Source: Bigelowiella natans CCMP2755 (taxonomy: Eukaryota > Protista > Cercozoa). Taken from it: 64,000 bases of DNA. The notes below the pieces were generated by a model that saw only the letters and a list, made by a program, of their open reading frames with translations, made no database searches and was not told where the DNA came from. A program made the position numbers and the translations under genes. Location: assembly GCA_000320545.1 (NCBI GenBank), contig ADNK01002758.1, positions 1 through 64,000 on the forward strand, written 5' to 3'. Shown here piece by piece: positions 58,200 through 64,000 of this stretch (positions are counted from its first letter, which is position 1; every line of letters begins with the position of its first letter).

Positions 58200-58920
58200 G
58201 CCCATGCGGGTGATGTCTGTCTGAAATTACCTCTGGGCATGGGCATAGCATGGTGACAGCGGTGCGACTACGTGCTGACCACGCACAGCTAGACAGCTAG
58301 TACATACTAGACAGCCTAGCAGCGCCATCGTCACGTAGGCTGCAAATAAGCAGGCACGCTAGTGTGCACAACAATGCTAGATCTAGAGATGGCATTATAT
58401 CTAGCGTTGTATGTACGAGGCAGGTGTGCGGTCTGTACTATTGTGCACGCATATAGGTAAATAGCACTGCTAGACTGCTAGCTAGCTAACTACCTGCTGC
58501 TAGCTGTGCGACATTATGTGGACAACAGTACATCTCATAGTCGCGAATGTGTCTAGACATATCTAGATATAGCAGCGGTAGCTCTAGCTAGCTAGCTAGC
58601 TAACATGCACATGCATGTGCTCTTCTACATAGCACTGCTAGACTGTCAGCTCTAAATCTCTGGAACTGTGTAGTCACACGTGCGAGATGCTTTGCAAATC
58701 TTGCAGTCTAGCATTGCACAAATTATGCTTCGTCACATTCGACTAAATTTTGAGCAAAAATTGCTTTTGGCATTATACTCCGATGTTAGTTACTATTCGC
58801 AGCATGTATATTCGAAGCTTAGCTATTTGAAGTCATCACAACTGGAATCGATGAGTAGTAGCGCATACAAGCTACCTAGCTAGGGGCATGGTCTAGATGG
58901 TGCGCCTTATTCATGAAGCA
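58200..58920. other. CTAG-enriched, partially TpA-depleted intergenic island 5
   Basis: Many gctag/ctagc/tgca motifs, between the convergent ankyrin-RING and zf-PARP gene ends. More residual TA than island 3. Confidence 0.65.
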
Positions 58921-59248
58921 TGGATTTTGCCACTACTAGTCCTGCTGGTTGTTTCATGATGATACTACGAGGACACAACAAAGCAGTAGAGCTGCATACA
59001 AAAATATCTTTCATAGAATAGGTTTTAGGTGTATACCGTAGTGCTAAAGGCCAAGGTATTTGCAGAATGAAAGTAGTCGTTAAATAATAACAGGATTTTA
59101 ATGATAATAATAAATGTGCATTAAGCAGTCAGTAGTAGTAATAGAAACGACTGAATAATTACCCTATTGCAGGCTAGCGTGTTGTACTAGTATTTTTTAG
59201 TGGTGGTATAATGCTACTATCAATATTATTATTATCTTATTATGGTAA

Positions 59249-59929
59249 TTATTTTTTTGAGAAATCTCCTTTCTTATATCTCTCCAAAAGCTCCATCTTA
59301 CCAGTCTCCAGATATTCATCAATCATTTCTCCTGACTTCTTACCAATACCTACATGCACACCAGTGGAAGGGCAAGATGGGTATAACCATTATGATGGTG
59401 GTGGTGGTGGTGGTAATACTGATGATGATAATAATGATGATGATGACTATGATGATGATTATCATCTGTATTATCACAAATAAGAGTACCACCTGCGACT
59501 TTTCCCTTCCCCTTGGCTATTTTTGCTCCATTTATGACCTCGAATTCAAGTGCAGCAATTGCGCGACAGATCTTGTGAAAGGAGATTCCTCTCATCTTTA
59601 GTAGTAGTAGCAGCAGCAGCAGCAGCAGCAGTTGCAAAAGACGAAGAGAGGGAGATTAATAATTAAACAATGGATGATGATGATGATGATGATGATGATT
59701 GACACCTCTACTAACAAACACAAACACATAAATGATATTTTTCCAATAATATCGCTGCTACTACAACTGCTCTTCTATCGCACTGATTAACCTTATCTTT
59801 GGTCTCCTTAAACTCATAGTTTCCTAGCTCCCAAAAACAACAAACTAGCTTTTGATTTGCTTCAACCTGAAGAAGAGGATAAACGATGTATTTGATATGT
59901 CTCGTACTGCTGACACAATTATAGGAGAG

Positions 59930-59961
<32 letters not shown>

Positions 59962-60017
59962 TGATAATATACATATATATGTAGCTACTACTACTCCTAA
60001 CAAAATTGTTAATTATG

Positions 60018-60065
<48 letters not shown>

Positions 60066-60268
60066 GTTATGTATGATATAAGAGGAGGAGCACCTTTGCT
60101 TCTGGAGCAGGGCGTTTAGGCTTGACCTTTGCTCCTGGAACTTTCTCTGGACATTGCATTTCGTCTGCTAGTGATTTCAAAGCCTATAGTAATGTCAATC
60201 CATTTTAGTGTGTGGTAATAGTAGTAATGGCGGTGGTGCTGGGAAACTACTGGTAAGATTCGAGGATC

Positions 60269-60353
<85 letters not shown>

Positions 60354-60882
60354 TGTGTGTGCATGTTTGTGTGCCATAATATATAATAGCATATGACTTG
60401 ATACAATTATAAACTTGCAAGAGCAGCAGTACAACATTATTACGACAAAATAACAGCATAATCCACCTCTCCAATGTAATCACTAGGAGAAATAAATACA
60501 ACGAGAGTAGTAGTAATAATAATATTATCATTAATAACAATAGTCAAGCAGCATCACAATCTATTGCTGCTACATCATCATTGCTGCATAAAGGAGCACC
60601 TTAAATGTACGAATTGCAATTTAAAAAGATAATAATGAAGGCGACTACGCGACAACAACAAACAGGCAAGATGATATGCAGATAGCAACATGCACAACGG
60701 AGGATGATGATGATGATGATGACCTACCTTGGGAAAGTCGAAGAGGCTTTGATCCGTCTGTGTTGTTGTTGTTGTTGTCGTTTGTCATCGTCGTCAGGGG
60801 CGTTTGTGTATGGTATTAATAGTGGTAAGAGCAGCAGGATGGTGATGGATGAGAACATATCAAGAAGAGAGAATTGTGCATG

Positions 60883-60922
<40 letters not shown>

Positions 60923-61651
60923 GGCAAGGCGTCTGTCTCGATCTTCTTTTTCTCTTTGAATGAATCATTTTAAATCATGATTGATTGATATCACAACAAT
61001 AACAACTACGAGGACCTTACTTCCCATAAGCATTATACCGCATTTCTCAGTGGCAGCAATTGGATCATCTGGGAGATTAAATCCAAGATCCTTTGCTACT
61101 TCTAGTAGTAGTAGTAGGAGGAGGAGGAGGAGGAGGAGGGTTATCGTCATCATCATCATCATCATCATGCATAGGGTTTCTTCTTCATCTCTATCGATGA
61201 AAGCGATTATTAGCTTTTCGACTTGTATCATTAATATCCTTCGGTTTTTATTAATCCTTCCCCCTCTAGTTCGTCATCGTGATGCTGCTATCACCACGTT
61301 TCATAATTGCTTCTATTTGATGGCCACTACTCACTGTGAACAACAGTAAAACATTAGTACTTAGAAGAGCCTTTGCTGCTTCTCTTGGCCCGCATGCCGA
61401 ATCGACACCTAAGTATGTATGTATGTATGTTGTTATTATTACCGGAGATTATAATGCCAATCATAATAATTATAATAATAATAACGATAATAAAAATAGT
61501 TCTATGCATGATTACCAAAATAGAAGAAGAACACGAACAAGAAGAAGAGGAGGAGAAAAGCAAGATAATAACAAAGCAAGATAATAACAGCACAGCAGAA
61601 ACGATTAATAATACGGCACCAGATAGTTGTTCCTGCAACTATTTGCCATTT

Positions 61652-61687
<36 letters not shown>

Positions 61688-62724
61688 GTTGGATGTAGGG
61701 ATTCGTCGCTACTTGTGGCAGTTATTGCTTTCTTGATGTTTTCCGTATTGCTTTATTCATTATATTATTCCCTGTAATAATAAGCAGCCACCCTGCTTCT
61801 TCCTCTACTACTATTAATGATACACTGATGATTGATACCTTGAAACAAAAGTTCAACTGCAGCACCAGGCTCTTGTTTTTCTTTCTTCGCTGTGGTAGAC
61901 GTTTTACTTTTCTTTGCCTTTTTACCTAATGCATGTTTTTATTTCTTGTTCAAAATTGTATGTTCTATGTTGTCTTACCTTTTGCTTTTGTAGAAGAAGA
62001 AACACGTGTCTTAGAGTCGCCATCATCATCTACTTCTTCAACTTTTGCAACCTTCCGCTTTTTTGCCGTTTTTTTTTTTTTTTTCTCCTTTGGTTTAGGT
62101 TGATCCTTTTGAGAAAGAAAATCCCTAAAGAATAATGGTAGCAGAGTATTCTGATCTGTTTTTAGCATCAAGCTGTGTTTTTCTGTCCACATCGCCGTTC
62201 ATTCTCGTTTCTACTATTCCATTCCTCGTATCTACTCCTTCCCTCCTCGTGTGTTTTCTACCATCATCTTTACTTTGTTTCTGTCTTCTTCTCCTAACTA
62301 CTCTCTAACATACTCCAAAGCATCCTGCACAGTCTTCTGATCTTCTGAGCTTAACTCTTCAAAATGTTGCAAATCGTCGATTGATTCAACCTGTGATAAT
62401 GATAAATATTCTTGGTTGTGAATCAAGCACCTTTACAATTACCACGCACCTTTTTCGTTGTCTTTCGCTGTCGGAGCTGCATCTGGAAAAATGGAGATAC
62501 CTTATACCAAGTCGTCATCAAAGATCCGTCGTCTTTGAATGGGTTAGGACCTAGGCAAAACATAACCATCGCCCATTAAGAAGCAAACATAGTAGTAGTA
62601 GATGAGAAATATCATCACCGATAGAGCCAATCCTAAGCTCGCCCTTGGCAATTTTTTCCTTGGACTTCTTACACTTGCTTCGGCCATTACTAGCTCTTTC
62701 GACAACAAAAGATCTATCTGCCAT
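59249..62724 (-). CDS. Protein with N-terminal degenerate PARP-type zinc finger, Lys-rich linker and C-terminal DNA polymerase beta 8-kDa (HhH) domain
   Basis: MADRSFVVERASNGRSKCKKSKEKIAKGELRIGSI|GPNPFKDDGSLMTTWYKVSPFFQMQLRQRKTTKK|VESIDDLQHFEELSSEDQKTVQDAL. C-terminus ANQKLVCCFWELGNYEF...RGISFHKICRAIAALEFEVINGAKIAKGKGKVAG|IGKKSGEMIDEYLETGKMELLERYKKGDFSKK*, stop at 59249-59251. Confidence 0.82.
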
Positions 62725-62747
62725 TGACTTATTAGCGTTAAATTAAA

Positions 62748-63750
62748 ATGGTTGTGGTCTTCTTCTTCTTCTTGAGTCGTTGTAGTAGCACACGCTCGGT
62801 TGCTCCACGTCTCTTCGTCGTCGTCTTCTTGCTTCTTCTGGTTCGTTGGCGTTTTTTATCTTATTTAGAATATTTTATGTTGTCGTCAGTAAGAATTCCT
62901 TGTGATTTAATAAGAATTGGTAGTATATGCAAAAACATTCAAATCTGAACAGGCGACAATACTTGCGTAGGAATTGTGGAGTGTAACGGCATGAGGTGTC
63001 CAGAAAAATGGAACCCACATGCACGTGACAATCTCTGTGTCTCCAGGTCACTATTGTGTCTGTCTGTCGTTACCAAATAATTAAGGCTCAGAAGATCCTT
63101 CCTTAAAGTCCTTAGTTACTTATCTCAATTGCAAAATATCCGACTTTTATGGTTTTCTAAGCATAGTAGAGACCGAAAAACGCAGTAGCCTGTTTAAGTA
63201 GTATAGTATTTCTACCTTCACTTCATTCCCAATGGATAGAACAATAATCAACTTCCACTTTGATTGTTTCATGGAAAGGGATAAATTTCACCTGTGCGGC
63301 TGAACATTGAGATTGGAGCGAGTAGGAGCAGGAATCGAGAGAGAGAGAGTCAATATTCACATAGAGTCATGAAGTCTACTGTGCGAAGAAACACGACGAT
63401 TCCACCCGTCAACACCAGGTAGTTGAAGTATTTTCAATACAACATAAAAGTATTTAATATTTAATGTCAATGATAAATTTCACCAGTCACTCGGATGGTG
63501 TTGATTAATGTTATTAGGATGAGCGTAATGTTTATAGTTACATGTGTGAATGATCTAAGAATCGAGTGTAAATAAATAGGCGACCAAAAACTTCTGAGGG
63601 ATATACTATTCCGTCACGAAGAAGCACAAATCGTTTGACTTCTAGGAATAATTCCCCACCGCCTTTGAAGCTCCAATCAATTTCAAAGAGGAAGCTAAGT
63701 TTATCATCCAGAAGACCCGGAATTAAAAGGTATCCTACATCTTTTGAGCT
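62748..63750 (+). CDS. Possible multi-exon hypothetical gene divergent from the zf-PARP gene, probably continuing past the window
   Basis: Hydrophobic N-terminal ORF at 62748 and short microsatellite-free GT-AG-flanked segments (DNTCVGIVECNGMRCPEKWNP; STLIVSWKGINFTCAAEHW; NNSPPPLKLQSISKRKL). No family recognised. Confidence 0.3.
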
Positions 63751-63766
63751 TGGCACACACACACAC

Positions 63767-63803
<37 letters not shown>

Positions 63804-63967
63804 ATTTTCTCTATTAATGAGGTTCTTCTGAAATTTCTGAGAGAATCTTGGCTATTTGTTACCCTAGCGTTCTTCTAACACTCCACCGACTCTTTTCCTC
63901 CTCAAATTCTGTAATAACAGCCCCCCTTCATATAGAACCACTTCAAAACTAAGCAAAACCCCCAAAG

Positions 63968-63998
<31 letters not shown>

Positions 63999-64000
63999 TG

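Overview
Eukaryotic nuclear DNA: AT-rich, intron-rich, with most introns stuffed with microsatellites ((TAG)n, (CAT)n, (AAC)n, (TA)n, (GA)n, (CA)n). The style and an N-terminal 'TM...RLKGG' leader suggest a protist or alga with a complex plastid, possibly a chlorarachniophyte; this is inference only. By manual splicing I can support about 9-10 genes: a LisH+WD40 protein (-), a GT23/FUT8-like fucosyltransferase (+), an FG-repeat protein (-), a presequence-bearing hypothetical protein (-), an SRR1-domain protein (-), a TTLL11-like tubulin polyglutamylase (+), a BRSK/SAD-like AMPK-family kinase (-), a large ankyrin super-repeat + RING protein (+), and a degenerate PARP-type zinc finger + Pol-beta 8-kDa HhH protein (-). 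The most striking signal is five intergenic islands (about 1-328, 13440-15000, 30670-32885, 46745-47740, 58200-58920) in which TpA is strongly depleted, surviving mostly as CTAG, while TG/CA/CG are abundant. Paired copies of a dispersed repeat differ by TA vs CA/CG at one island edge, suggesting a TpA-targeted 'reverse-RIP' hypermutation process. A second pattern is repeated tandem duplication of 3' splice junctions in several genes. All exon boundaries and counts are by eye.
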